Positions 1 through 10,212 of a stretch of DNA of 64,000 nucleotides are shown in pieces. Both the position numbers and the translations under genes were made by a program. The notes under the pieces were generated by a model. The model worked only from the letters and a program-made list of their open reading frames with translations. It made no database searches and had not been told where the DNA came from. The first letter of the stretch is position 1, and every line of letters begins with the position of its first letter. The DNA comes from a virus, in the IMG/VR virus record IMGVR_UViG_3300027969_000046. One strand, given 5' to 3'.

Positions 1-1
1 T

Positions 2-274
2 TTAAAAACTATTATTGGCCACAATTATTATTTGTGCCATTTAGACGATAGGAAAAATGTTCATTTGTTTGTTATGACCGAAAAGTTTTTAACTGAAGCT
101 TCAACAATTACTAGCTCAGATTTAACAATTTATTATCCAGTTGGCGGTTCAGCAAAAAGAATTGATATAAAATTAGAAACAAAAATGTATGAATTAAATT
201 TTAATATCAGAAGTAAAGCTGCTGGTGTAACATACCCTACACACATAATGTGTGATTACAAATTTAAACACTAA
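2..274 (+). CDS. Hypothetical phage protein, C-terminal part (5'-truncated by window)
   Basis: Frame is open from base 2 to TAA 272-274; next gene starts at 276. Confidence 0.6.
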   Translation, partial: LKTIIGHNYYLCHLDDRKNVHLFVMTEKFLTEASTITSSDLTIYYPVGGSAKRIDIKLETKMYELNFNIRSKAAGVTYPTHIMCDYKFKH

Positions 275-275
275 A

Positions 276-1505
276 ATGAACTTCACACAATATTTAACAG
301 AAAGTAAAGAAGGCAAGAACCTTCACCTAGAACATATCGAAGATGAGATGTTGAATCGTGGTGTAGCGGGGGCTCGTGAATCAATTAATTTTCTCCGTTC
401 ACTCAGAGATATGCTCGCTGGTCATTCACAATCTCATGTTAATGTAACAACAAAATGGGACGGTGCACCTGCGGTGTTTGCTGGTATTAATCCAGAGAAT
501 GGTAAATTCTTTGTTGGTACTAAAGGTGTATTCAATGCAACACCTAAGTTAAACTACACAGATGCTGACATTGACAAGAATCATCCTGGCGAAGGTCTTA
601 ATGCCAAATTAAAAGTTGCATTACGCTATTTACCAAAACTTGGTATCAAAGGTGTGTTGCAAGGCGATATGATGTTTGCAAAAGGTGATATAAAAGACCA
701 AACAATTGATGGTGAAGATTATATTACTTTTCAACCAAATACTATTGTGTATGCCGTTCCTGCTGATTCAAAGTTAGCTAAATCAATGACAGCTGCACAG
801 ATGGGTATTGTGTTTCATACATCATATACAGGTAAAACCATATCTGATATGAAGGCTTCATTCAACATTGATATTGGTAAGTTATCTACAACCAAAGATG
901 TTTGGTTCCGTGATGCTTCATTTGTTGATGCTTCTGGTACTGCCACATTTACAGAAGCAGAAACCAAAGAACTTACTGGTATTCTATCTCAAGCAGGTTC
1001 ATTGTTTCAACAGATTAATCCAATGGCATTGAATCGTATTTCTGCCAATGACACCATTCTCACACAGATTAAAACCTTCTATAACAGTAAAGTCCGTTCT
1101 GGTGAAAAGATTAAGAATACATTACAACATACAAATGAATTGATTAGAACTATTGAAGCCAAATTAAACAAAGAAGTTCTTGAAGCTAAATTAGAAAAGA
1201 CTAAAAAAGAAAGAATTGCAAAGAAGAATGAAATTATGCGGTTCTATCGTAGTAATGCCAATGAATTGAAAAAGATATTTGATTTACAGAATCTAATTGT
1301 TGATGCCAAATTAATGATTGTTGGTAAACTACAAAATCTAAAACAACTTACTGGAACATTCATTAAAACTGAAGATGGTTTCCGTATTACTGCACCAGAG
1401 GGATTTGTGGCAGTAGATAGATTGAAAGGTAATGCCATGAAATTGATTGACCGATTTGTATTCGCACATGATAACTTTAACGCACAAAAGAATTGGGACA
1501 AATAA
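276..1505 (+). CDS. Conserved T4-like phage protein (DUF6267-like) with ATP-dependent ligase-type motifs and capsid-targeting-like N-terminus
   Basis: ATG 276 gives MNFTQYLTE-S; motifs TTKWDG, QGDMMF, PEGFV, MKLIDR. Confidence 0.7.
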   Translation: MNFTQYLTESKEGKNLHLEHIEDEMLNRGVAGARESINFLRSLRDMLAGHSQSHVNVTTKWDGAPAVFAGINPENGKFFVGTKGVFNATPKLNYTDADIDKNHPGEGLNAKLKVALRYLPKLGIKGVLQGDMMFAKGDIKDQTIDGEDYITFQPNTIVYAVPADSKLAKSMTAAQMGIVFHTSYTGKTISDMKASFNIDIGKLSTTKDVWFRDASFVDASGTATFTEAETKELTGILSQAGSLFQQINPMALNRISANDTILTQIKTFYNSKVRSGEKIKNTLQHTNELIRTIEAKLNKEVLEAKLEKTKKERIAKKNEIMRFYRSNANELKKIFDLQNLIVDAKLMIVGKLQNLKQLTGTFIKTEDGFRITAPEGFVAVDRLKGNAMKLIDRFVFAHDNFNAQKNWDK

Positions 1506-1786
1506 TGGCCGAAATTAAATATGACCTAACCGCAATTATGAAAGAGTATGGTGATGATGATTTTGGATTCACCGCTACTGATGAAGAAGAATATAATGCT
1601 GTTATTGCAGAAAAAGATGATACAGTAGAAGAATACAGAGCAAGATTGGAAGAAGTTGAGAAGTTAGTATTGCCGTTTTTAACCAAACTATTAAAGACAG
1701 CCGACCAACCAATCATCAAATGGCCTAATCGTAAACCTATTCTCGAAGCACAGATTCAAAAGATTTTAAATCTTACAAGAGGATAA
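1505..1786 (+). CDS. Hypothetical protein
   Basis: TAATG coupling to upstream gene; DDFGF and WPNR motifs. Confidence 0.7.
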   Translation: MAEIKYDLTAIMKEYGDDDFGFTATDEEEYNAVIAEKDDTVEEYRARLEEVEKLVLPFLTKLLKTADQPIIKWPNRKPILEAQIQKILNLTRG

Positions 1787-1787
1787 A

Positions 1788-2144
1788 ATGTCAGTCCAAA
1801 GAATGATTTGGGTTAGAAACCTTTTAGAACAATTAGATGAAGCCTCATATGCAGGCAACATTGGTATGATGGAACTGGTAAAGTTTCATTCAAAGGCTTC
1901 TCCTAAAGACAAAAGTATGTTACAATCACATATTAAGAATAAGAAACATAAAGAAGCATGGAAGTTAGTCCAAGATGTAACTGGCGTGAAACTACATAAG
2001 AGTGTGCGTGAAGAAGTTAAGCCTGATATTCTGTCTAAAGCAGGTGCAGGCCAATGGGGTACCGATGGTTTGGCAAATACTTACAAGAATGATACGCCAG
2101 GTCAAAACATTACCAAGTTTAAGGACTTTAAGCGACATAAGTAA
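1788..2144 (+). CDS. Hypothetical, probable head-associated protein
   Basis: SD GAGGA; LLEQLDEA and VREE acidic sites; GAGQWGT...YKNDTPGQ module. Confidence 0.65.
   Translation: MSVQRMIWVRNLLEQLDEASYAGNIGMMELVKFHSKASPKDKSMLQSHIKNKKHKEAWKLVQDVTGVKLHKSVREEVKPDILSKAGAGQWGTDGLANTYKNDTPGQNITKFKDFKRHK
2136..2143 (+). promoter_or_regulatory. Possible T4-type late promoter variant CATAAGTA upstream of the sugar operon
   Basis: Resembles TATAAATA; 24 nt upstream of ATG 2168. Confidence 0.35.
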
Positions 2145-2167
2145 TATATTAACTGATTGGAAATATT

Positions 2168-3013
2168 ATGAAAGATTTAGTGATTGGATGTACCACAAAT
2201 TATGATTGGAGTAAACTGAAGTATTGGGTTAACTCCATCAATAAATCAGGTTTTCAAGGCGAGAAAGTTATGGTCGCCTTTAACATTGATTATGAAACCA
2301 TTGAAAAATTATCTCAAGCTGGTTTTCAGGTTATTTTGCCTGGAAAACCGAACGAACAAGCACAGCGATATGAATATCAATCATCGTTGCCTGTCCATGT
2401 AGAACGCTTTGTTCACATCTACAATTACCTACAATCACACGACAACTATCGGTTTGTTATTACAACCGATGTTAAAGATGTAGTATTCCAAAAAGACCCT
2501 ACTAAGTTTCTTGGCATGGAATTGCCAGGTGCTAAGTTGATGTTTGCTTCCGAATCTATGAAGTATAAAGATGAGCCATGGGGCAATCAGAACTTAATGG
2601 AAACATTTGGTCCCTTTTTCCATGAAAGATTCAAAGACAATATCATCTACAATGTAGGCGTTTTGGCAGGTCGTGGCGATGCGATGAGAGATTTATGTGC
2701 GATGATATTCGTTATGTCTGTTAATCGACCTATCCCAATCGTAGACCAGTCCACATTTAACTTTATGATTTCACAAGAGCCATATAAATCTGTTGCAAGA
2801 TATATGACCTCTGAAGAAGGTTGGGCTTGCCAACTAGGCACTACTGCCGATCCAAGTAAACTTGAACAGTTTAAACCTTTTTTGCTTGAACCCTCACCGA
2901 TTATGGTTGACGGCGAAGTTGCAACTTCAGCAGGAAAAGCCTTTACAATTGTTCATCAATATGATAGAGTACCAGAATGGAAAAAGGTTATAGAGGAAAA
3001 ATATAATGACTAA
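2168..3013 (+). CDS. Glycosyltransferase-like protein (GT-A)
   Basis: TDVKDVVFQ (DxxD), NVGVLAG, DQSTFN, VHQYDR; first gene of sugar operon. Confidence 0.6.
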   Translation: MKDLVIGCTTNYDWSKLKYWVNSINKSGFQGEKVMVAFNIDYETIEKLSQAGFQVILPGKPNEQAQRYEYQSSLPVHVERFVHIYNYLQSHDNYRFVITTDVKDVVFQKDPTKFLGMELPGAKLMFASESMKYKDEPWGNQNLMETFGPFFHERFKDNIIYNVGVLAGRGDAMRDLCAMIFVMSVNRPIPIVDQSTFNFMISQEPYKSVARYMTSEEGWACQLGTTADPSKLEQFKPFLLEPSPIMVDGEVATSAGKAFTIVHQYDRVPEWKKVIEEKYND

Positions 3014-4034
3014 AAGAGTATTAATTACAGGCGGTGCAGGTTTTATCGCCCACCACCTGATTGAAACAATCCTTGATAATACAGATTGGACAATCGTATC
3101 GCTTGACCGACTTGACTTTTCAGGCAATCTAAATCGCCTTGAAGATATTATGAAGAAGTATTCACCTGAGCAGAAGAAGCGAGTTGAGATTGTATTCCAT
3201 GATTTACGAGCTGAAGTAAACCCACAGACTGCTGGTCTAATTGGTGATTGTCAGTTAGTATTGCACCTTGCAGCTGGTTCTCATGTTGACCGCTCAATCG
3301 AATTCCCTATGGAGTTTGTGCAAGACAATGTAATTGGTACAGTTAATCTGTTACAGTTTGCTCGCACACTAAAGAACTTAGAAAAGTTTGTTTACTTCTC
3401 AACAGATGAAGTATTTGGTCCCGCACCTGAAGGTGTTGACTACAAAGAAAGAGACCGCTACAATGCTACGAATCCATATTCAGCATCTAAGGCGGCAGGT
3501 GAAGAAATGTGTGTTGCATTTGAAAACACATACAATATGCCAATCATCGTTACTCATACAATGAATGTGTTTGGTGAACGCCAACATCCTGAAAAGTTTA
3601 TTCCTAAGGCCATTCGGTATGCTCGTGATGGTTTAACACTTACTATCCATTCAGACAGAAACAAAACAAAGGCAGGTTCACGCCACTATGTTCATGCTAA
3701 AGATGTTGCAGATGGTTTGATGTTTATTCTTAATCTGCCTGAAGATTATGCTCGCATTCCTGATTTTGGTGGTGCGAAGATTCCTAAGTTTAACATTGTT
3801 GGTCCCGATGAAGTAGATAACTTAGAGTTGGCTAAACTAATTGCAGAAGCACAAAATAAGGAACTCAAATATGAAATGGTTGACTTTCATTCATCCAGAC
3901 CTGGCCACGATTTACGTTACGCTCTTTCTGGTGATTATATGGCATCTCTAGGATGGAAACCAAAGATTTCGTTGCGTGAACGAATCAAAGGTATGGTTCA
4001 ATGGTCATTAGAAAATGATAAGTGGCTAAAATGA
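3006..4034 (+). CDS. rfbB: NDP-glucose 4,6-dehydratase (RmlB/RfbB family)
   Basis: TGGAGFIA, HLAAGSHVDRS, STDEVFG, PYSASK, HPEKFIP, RPGHDLRY. Confidence 0.9.
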   Translation: MTKRVLITGGAGFIAHHLIETILDNTDWTIVSLDRLDFSGNLNRLEDIMKKYSPEQKKRVEIVFHDLRAEVNPQTAGLIGDCQLVLHLAAGSHVDRSIEFPMEFVQDNVIGTVNLLQFARTLKNLEKFVYFSTDEVFGPAPEGVDYKERDRYNATNPYSASKAAGEEMCVAFENTYNMPIIVTHTMNVFGERQHPEKFIPKAIRYARDGLTLTIHSDRNKTKAGSRHYVHAKDVADGLMFILNLPEDYARIPDFGGAKIPKFNIVGPDEVDNLELAKLIAEAQNKELKYEMVDFHSSRPGHDLRYALSGDYMASLGWKPKISLRERIKGMVQWSLENDKWLK

Positions 4035-4735
4035 AAATAGCACTCTGTTTATCAGGACAACCTCGTAGTGTAAAACAAGGCTACGAGTTTGTTAAGAAGA
4101 ACATTTTGGACGGTAACGATGTTACCGTTTTTTGCCAAGTTTGGGAAGCAGATGGTGCAGAAGATTTAAACCTTTATAAGCCAGAAGTTGTGTTTATGGA
4201 GAAATCATTAAACACCGACCTATCAAAATACACCAATGTTCCGCCACCGCAACCAAACTGGAAAGTAAAAGACCCAGCTCGTTCCACTTGGAATCAGTTG
4301 TATGCTCTTAAAGTAGCAAACACACTTAAATCGGTGTATGAACAGAATGAAAATATGAAATTTGATTGGGTCATTCGTAGTCGTTATGACTTTGCAATCA
4401 ATGTTAAGATTCCATTTGCAGAACTAGATAATAGTAAACTGTATATTCCAAATTGCAGGCAAGTTCCTAATCGTGATTTTGGTAATGACCAGTTTGCCTT
4501 TTCATCTTCAGAAAACATGGACAAGTATGCTGACACATACACACACTTAGATAGATTCTATGATAGTGGCATACAGATGATGTGTGAAGATATGATGAGT
4601 GCTAATTGGAAAGAAAAAGGCCTTGTTGGTGAAAACTTGGTGTATTGTAACATCAATCATCCATTTCCACCTGGTGCTTACAATGGCACATGGCACAGTT
4701 TAATTCGTGAGGACTTTGAGCAATGGCTGCGTTAA
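4031..4735 (+). CDS. Putative glycosyltransferase-like protein
   Basis: KIALCLSGQPR, FDWVIRSRYD, NDQFAF motifs typical of phage/capsule sugar-locus proteins. Confidence 0.55.
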   Translation: MKIALCLSGQPRSVKQGYEFVKKNILDGNDVTVFCQVWEADGAEDLNLYKPEVVFMEKSLNTDLSKYTNVPPPQPNWKVKDPARSTWNQLYALKVANTLKSVYEQNENMKFDWVIRSRYDFAINVKIPFAELDNSKLYIPNCRQVPNRDFGNDQFAFSSSENMDKYADTYTHLDRFYDSGIQMMCEDMMSANWKEKGLVGENLVYCNINHPFPPGAYNGTWHSLIREDFEQWLR

Positions 4736-5445
4736 TAGTTTGTATGGCTGGTTTGAACACCAGATTCCATGATGTGGGTTTTGATATACCAAAGTATCTA
4801 TTACCTTGGGGTGAAGAAACAATCATCCATGAAATTCTTAAACAATTAGGTAAGTTTGATGAGGTCTTGTTGTTGGCTAATAAGCGTGATGCTTATTTTA
4901 TGCCTGATTTGGTAAAGACTATTGAACCACTTGGTCTCACTAAAGATAACATTCATTACATTGGTGATACAAGTGGTCAAGCACACACCGCATACATTGG
5001 TGCTTCATTATTGAAAGACAGATTTCAACCATTCTTTGTTCATAATGCTGATACACTATTGGTTGGTAGAAATTTCAAAGATATTGAATCTGTAATGTCT
5101 GATGGTTATGTTGATGTGTTTGTTGCCAACAATCCAAAATACTCTTATGTTAGGTCAAAAGATGGTATTGTGACTGAGATTGTTGAAAAGTCTGCTATCT
5201 CACCATTCGCAAGTTCTGGTTTGTATGGTTTTTATAGTGCTGAATTGTATCAACAAATGTATGAGGCACTATCACAAGGCTTTACTGGTAAAGAAATGTA
5301 TATTGCTAATGTGTTAGATTACATGATAAAGAATAATAAGTTTGTTGGTCTAAATGAATTGAACAATGAATATGAAACAATAGTTCTTGGTAGTCCACAA
5401 GAATATGGACTTGAATTGGCTAAAAAGAGTTTAAAGTTAAGATGA
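4723..5445 (+). CDS. Sugar/cyclitol-phosphate nucleotidyltransferase (NTP_transferase fold)
   Basis: MAGLNTRF...PKYLL, GQAHT, HNADT, IVEK, SSGLYGF, LGSP. Confidence 0.8.
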   Translation: MAALIVCMAGLNTRFHDVGFDIPKYLLPWGEETIIHEILKQLGKFDEVLLLANKRDAYFMPDLVKTIEPLGLTKDNIHYIGDTSGQAHTAYIGASLLKDRFQPFFVHNADTLLVGRNFKDIESVMSDGYVDVFVANNPKYSYVRSKDGIVTEIVEKSAISPFASSGLYGFYSAELYQQMYEALSQGFTGKEMYIANVLDYMIKNNKFVGLNELNNEYETIVLGSPQEYGLELAKKSLKLR

Positions 5446-6404
5446 AGATTACTAAGTTAAAAGGTGGTTCTTTAAGTAGCACATCTTTGTATGAAGATGG
5501 TAATAACAAATTCATTCGTAAAGCTATTAGCACAAAAGATAACCGAGAGTATGGTTATGTTCGTTGGTATTCTCAGTTAAAGAAACTACAACGATTTGCT
5601 GGAACAGGTTTATACCCTAAAGTTTTAAAAGTTGGCACCACAGATAATGGTGCATACTTTGATATTGAATATCTCAAAGGTTATAGAGATATTAAAACTA
5701 TCCTTTCAGAAGATACTTTAACTGTTCCACAAATTGAACAGATTAATGAGGCTGTCTGGCGGTCTTTTGATAATCACCATCGTAAAATGTATTTGCCAGT
5801 TAATGGTGCAGGTGCATTGTATTTCAAAGAAGAAGTTATACAGAAACTATCCGATGCCTTTAAATATCAGAAGTTTTACAATTTCTATGAATCTGGTTTA
5901 TTGGATTCTTTTGAATACAATGGTCGTATCACACATGGCATTCAAAACTTTTTACCAGAACTAAAAAACTTCTTTGATGAACTTAATTTCACCACAGAAG
6001 AAACCATTCATGGTAATCCAACGCTTGAGAATATGATGTATTCTTTTGATGATGATAGAGTAGTTTTTATTGACCCATATGAAGAAAGTTGTATTGATTC
6101 TCGCCTCTTAGATTATTCACAAGTGTTACAATGTTCAAGAAGTTATTATGGTCACATAAATGATAATGAAGTAACAGTAGATGGCCCATCTGTTGGATAT
6201 CATGGTGAGATACCAAATAATTTTATCGTATTCAATAAACGATTTGAAGATAGAATTGACCCAGCGGATAGAAAAACTGTTGATGTATTAGAGGCAACAC
6301 AATTCATTCGTATGTTACCATTCAAGTGTGCAGCTGGTGAGATGGAGAAGGCGATGTTCTTCTATGTTCATGCTTGCCACCTATTAAGTAGAGCTTTCAA
6401 ATAA
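5442..6404 (+). CDS. APH/choline-kinase-fold sugar or cyclitol kinase
   Basis: Gly loop LKGGSLS, HGNPTLENMM, FIDP. Confidence 0.7.
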   Translation: MKITKLKGGSLSSTSLYEDGNNKFIRKAISTKDNREYGYVRWYSQLKKLQRFAGTGLYPKVLKVGTTDNGAYFDIEYLKGYRDIKTILSEDTLTVPQIEQINEAVWRSFDNHHRKMYLPVNGAGALYFKEEVIQKLSDAFKYQKFYNFYESGLLDSFEYNGRITHGIQNFLPELKNFFDELNFTTEETIHGNPTLENMMYSFDDDRVVFIDPYEESCIDSRLLDYSQVLQCSRSYYGHINDNEVTVDGPSVGYHGEIPNNFIVFNKRFEDRIDPADRKTVDVLEATQFIRMLPFKCAAGEMEKAMFFYVHACHLLSRAFK

Positions 6405-7546
6405 TGGAAAATGTATTAACTAAATTCGACAATTATAAACGCACATGGTCTGTCAAGGCAGAACTACCAATTGAGTTTACACTAAAGTATTCTAGTGATG
6501 TATTCAATTGGAGTAATCACGACCTGTTGAGTTTTAGTGAGTCCAATCGTAGAGTGGTTGTTATAGACCAGACTGTATATAAACTATATGGTCAACAATT
6601 AGAAGATTACTTTAAAACATTTCAAATAGAATTGAAGTTGTTTATCATAGATGCCACAGAAGAAAAGAAAGATTGGCCACACACAGACCAAATTTTAAGG
6701 TTCTTTGAAGAAGTTGGTGTTTTGCGTAGAGAAGCAATCATTGTTATTGGTGGTGGTGTTCTACTAGACTTGGTTGGTTTCTGTTGTTCAATTTATCGCA
6801 GAGGCATTCCTTACATTAAAGTGCCAACTACATTGTTGGCTATTGTAGATGCTTCAGTTGGTGTTAAAGTTGCAGCTAACCACTTTGGTCGTAGAAATCG
6901 TATCGGTGCATATTATCCACCAATTGCCACATTACTAGACAAGAAGTTTATTGCTACACAAGATGAAAGAAACATTGTTAATGGTATTGCAGAGATATTT
7001 AAACTTGCAGTAATCAAAGATAAAGAATTGTTTGAGTTGTTAGAAACAAGTGCAGAACAATTAATCACCGAAAAGTTTCAATTTGGTGCGGTACCAGTTC
7101 GTGTAATCAATTCTGCCATTACAGGTATGATTGAAGAATTGGCACCAAACCTATGGGAAAGAAAACTAGACCGATGTGTTGACTTTGGCCATTCGTTTAG
7201 TCCTATTATTGAAATGCAGAATGTTGCTACATTACAACATGGTGAGGCGGTTGTATTAGATTGCCTGTTGAGTTCTTGCTTGGCTAATGTCCGTGGTTAT
7301 ATTGATACTGAAACACTACAAAGAATATTTAAGACAGCACACAGTTTAAAATTGCCTGTATTCCATAAAGATTTCTGTAATTTTGATTTGCTTAAAAAGT
7401 CATTATCTGATACAATGAAACATAGAAATGGTAATCAATACTTACCTGTTCCTGTTGGCATTGGTAACTATAAAATATTAAATGATGTAACTGATGATGA
7501 GATAAAGAAAGCTTCAGATATATTTGAAGAAGTTAAATATGAATAA
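6404..7546 (+). CDS. Sedoheptulose 7-phosphate cyclase, 2-epi-5-epi-valiolone synthase type (ValA/AcbC-like)
   Basis: GGGVLLD, YRRG, PTTLLAIVDASVGVK, NRIGAYYPP, AEIFK, MIEELAPNLWE..LDRCVDFGHSFSP, HGEAV. Confidence 0.88.
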   Translation: MENVLTKFDNYKRTWSVKAELPIEFTLKYSSDVFNWSNHDLLSFSESNRRVVVIDQTVYKLYGQQLEDYFKTFQIELKLFIIDATEEKKDWPHTDQILRFFEEVGVLRREAIIVIGGGVLLDLVGFCCSIYRRGIPYIKVPTTLLAIVDASVGVKVAANHFGRRNRIGAYYPPIATLLDKKFIATQDERNIVNGIAEIFKLAVIKDKELFELLETSAEQLITEKFQFGAVPVRVINSAITGMIEELAPNLWERKLDRCVDFGHSFSPIIEMQNVATLQHGEAVVLDCLLSSCLANVRGYIDTETLQRIFKTAHSLKLPVFHKDFCNFDLLKKSLSDTMKHRNGNQYLPVPVGIGNYKILNDVTDDEIKKASDIFEEVKYE

Positions 7547-8216
7547 GACCATTTTGATTACTGGCACCACAAGTGGTGTTGGTGCAACAATCGCATATGA
7601 TTACATTGAGAAAGGTTGGAATGTAATTGGTCTTGCTCGTGGTGAATCTTTATTTGATTATGCAAACTACAAACACTTTCAAGTTGATGTTGGCAATCCA
7701 TACCACTTGAATGAAGTGTTTGAACAGATTGGTAATAAGAACATTGATATTCTAGTTAATAATGCAGCTGTGTTTAAGATGAAACCATTTTCACAAACCA
7801 GTATTGATGAGATTGATGATATGATTGATATTAATCTTAAAGGTGCCATGTATGTAACTAAGTTTGCATTACAGAATATGGAAAAAGGTAGTCGTATATT
7901 CTTTATTAATTCGGTGGCAGGCCTTGAAGAACTAGAAAATCAATCAGCATATTGTTCCTCTAAACATGGTCTTACAGGATTTGCTGGTGTTCTTGGTCAA
8001 GAGTTACGGCCAAGAGGCATTAAAGTAACAAGTATCCATCCAGGCGGTATTGATACGCCATTATGGAGTAGAGATATACCTTACCCGTGTGGTGATGTGA
8101 GTAAGGCAATATCACCAATGGAACTTGTGAAAGTAATTGATTTCGTGTATAATAGCCAATTCAATATTGAATACAAGACTATTAAAATGTTTCCTGATAC
8201 AGAGTGGCATAAATGA
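7539..8216 (+). CDS. Short-chain dehydrogenase/reductase
   Basis: TGTTSGVG, NNAA, NSVAG, YCSSK, HPGGIDT. Confidence 0.9.
   Translation: MNKTILITGTTSGVGATIAYDYIEKGWNVIGLARGESLFDYANYKHFQVDVGNPYHLNEVFEQIGNKNIDILVNNAAVFKMKPFSQTSIDEIDDMIDINLKGAMYVTKFALQNMEKGSRIFFINSVAGLEELENQSAYCSSKHGLTGFAGVLGQELRPRGIKVTSIHPGGIDTPLWSRDIPYPCGDVSKAISPMELVKVIDFVYNSQFNIEYKTIKMFPDTEWHK
8125..8153 (+). promoter_or_regulatory. Possible internal sigma70 promoter
   Basis: TTGTGA-17-TATAAT upstream of ATG 8213. Confidence 0.35.
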
Positions 8217-8926
8217 TTATACCAAGTACCGACTTATTCATTGTAACATCTGCTTTGAGAACGAGCATTGGTGTTATTGATGATGAAACGAGATTAAAAC
8301 AAACAATAGAAGGCCTGCAATCATTACGCAAGGCCGCACCTGATGCCATTATCCTATGGGTAGATGCTTCGTCCAAAATGGTTGATGAAGCAACAATGGT
8401 TACAGTAAGTCAATATTGTGATAGAAGTATCAGTTTCTTTGGTGATGAAGATTTAATGACGCTTGCAAATGCAGGCCTCAAATCACAAGCAGAAGTTACT
8501 TTATTGTTTAAGACACTAGGTATTATTAAACAACATCCTGAATTACAGAAGATGATGGCTGGTGTTCGTAGAGTGTTTAAGCTATCTGCTAGAACCAATA
8601 TGCTTGAGGGTTATGACCCTAAGGTATATGATAATCTATATGGTAAGTATGTGTTTAAGAAAAGAATACCATCTTGGTTGCCACCATATAAACAAGTGGA
8701 ATCTGATTGTAACCATCTATACATAACTAGGATGTATTCATTCTGTGTATCATTGATTGATAACTATTTGCATATTCTACCAGAAATATACCGAACAGTT
8801 AATGAATTTGGTGTAGATACAGAACACGCACATTTTGGTAACACAGACAAAAATTTAACTGTTGAATTTGAAAATTTATATTGTGAAGGAGTTTTGGCAG
8901 GAAATGGCCAGACAGAAAGATATTAA
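8213..8926 (+). CDS. Hypothetical, possibly glycosyltransferase-like
   Basis: FIVTSAL, RLKQT, VDAS, FKLSAR; coupled inside the operon. Confidence 0.55.
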   Translation: MIIPSTDLFIVTSALRTSIGVIDDETRLKQTIEGLQSLRKAAPDAIILWVDASSKMVDEATMVTVSQYCDRSISFFGDEDLMTLANAGLKSQAEVTLLFKTLGIIKQHPELQKMMAGVRRVFKLSARTNMLEGYDPKVYDNLYGKYVFKKRIPSWLPPYKQVESDCNHLYITRMYSFCVSLIDNYLHILPEIYRTVNEFGVDTEHAHFGNTDKNLTVEFENLYCEGVLAGNGQTERY

Positions 8927-10212
8927 TGATTGACGAAAAAATACAAGAACTAGCTAAACTTGCTAGACCAAAATATTTACAGAATTACGACAACTTCAAA
9001 CCTGGCGAAGATTATGTAATGTATTCTGGCCAATTGTGGGACGAAAGAGAGATGGAACTTTCTCTTAAAGCATTCCTTACAGGCAAATGGGTTTCAGCAG
9101 GTGAGAATGTTGAGAAGTTTCAGATTAAATTCTCCAAGAAATACAATGTCAAAGCCTCACACATGGTCAATTCTGGTTCATCTGCCAACTTGGTGATGAT
9201 TGCAGGTGTTAAGAAACATTTGAAATGGGAAGATGGCGATGAAGTCATCGTATCACCTGTTGGTTTTCCAACCACAATTGCACCATTGGTTCAGAACAAT
9301 CTTAAACCAGTATTTGTTGATATTGAGTTTGATACATTAAATTTTGATGTTAATAAGATTGAAGCGAAGATTACTTCAAAGACTAAAGCAATTATTGTAT
9401 CTCCTGTGATGGCCAATCCGCCTGACATGGATATAATCCATGATATCTGTTACAGAAACAATTTAGTATTGATTGGTGATAATTGTGATTCACTAGGTAC
9501 AAAATGGAATGGTAAACTGTTGACAGATTTGTATTACTGCTGGTCAACTTCATTCTATCCCGCACACCACATCTCAACAGGCGAAGGTGGCATGGTATCA
9601 TCTAATGATAGCTTGTTGATTGATACTGTTAGGTCATTCAGTTGGTGGGGTCGTGATTGTTACTGCATTGGTTCTAACAATCAACTTCCATGTGGCACTT
9701 GCGGTAACCGATTCGACAGATGGTTGCCAGGCTATGATGGCATTATTGACCACAAATATATCTTTGCAAACATGGGTTACAATTTGAAACCACTTGATAT
9801 GCAAGGTGCAATTGGTATTGCTCAGTTAGAAAAGGTTGATTACATTGACCAGAAACGCAGAGAACATAAACTAAGATTGGCTAAATTATTGACGGACAAT
9901 CTAAATGTCCGTGTTGCTGATAAACTAGAGCAATCAGACCCATCTTGGTTCGGTGTTCCAATTATCTGTGAAACACAAGAGATTAAAGAGAAGTTGGTTG
10001 CACACTTTGAAGCCAATAAAATTCAGACACGAAACTATTTTGCTGGTAACATCTTGTTACATCCAGGTTACAATCACTTAGATGATTCTAGTAAATATCC
10101 ATTAGCAAACAAAGCACTATCTCATGTCTTTATCTTGGGCTGCCCTCCATTTTGGAATGATGCTGTGTTTAAATATATTGAAAAGGTGATTAAAGATGCC
10201 AAGTCCATCTAA
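8926..10212 (+). CDS. rfbH: NDP-4-keto-6-deoxyglucose 3-dehydrase (RfbH/E1; PMP and [2Fe-2S])
   Basis: NSGSSANL, DNCDSLG, SFYPAHHISTGEGG (His at the PLP-Lys position), GRDCYC...CGTC, DHKY, GYNLK. Confidence 0.88.
   Translation: MIDEKIQELAKLARPKYLQNYDNFKPGEDYVMYSGQLWDEREMELSLKAFLTGKWVSAGENVEKFQIKFSKKYNVKASHMVNSGSSANLVMIAGVKKHLKWEDGDEVIVSPVGFPTTIAPLVQNNLKPVFVDIEFDTLNFDVNKIEAKITSKTKAIIVSPVMANPPDMDIIHDICYRNNLVLIGDNCDSLGTKWNGKLLTDLYYCWSTSFYPAHHISTGEGGMVSSNDSLLIDTVRSFSWWGRDCYCIGSNNQLPCGTCGNRFDRWLPGYDGIIDHKYIFANMGYNLKPLDMQGAIGIAQLEKVDYIDQKRREHKLRLAKLLTDNLNVRVADKLEQSDPSWFGVPIICETQEIKEKLVAHFEANKIQTRNYFAGNILLHPGYNHLDDSSKYPLANKALSHVFILGCPPFWNDAVFKYIEKVIKDAKSI

Noticed and set aside
6404-7546. 3-dehydroquinate synthase (aroB), or a mycosporine/gadusol sunscreen pathway
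   Set aside because: Has the EEL-PNL-E and VDFGH signature rather than AroB or DDGS motifs; no O-methyltransferase, MT-Ox or ATP-grasp gene in the window
8926-10212. DegT/AcbV-type aminotransferase, which would make the cluster fully acarbose-like
   Set aside because: Catalytic Lys is replaced by His and the Fe-S Cys motif is present, indicating a 3-dehydrase
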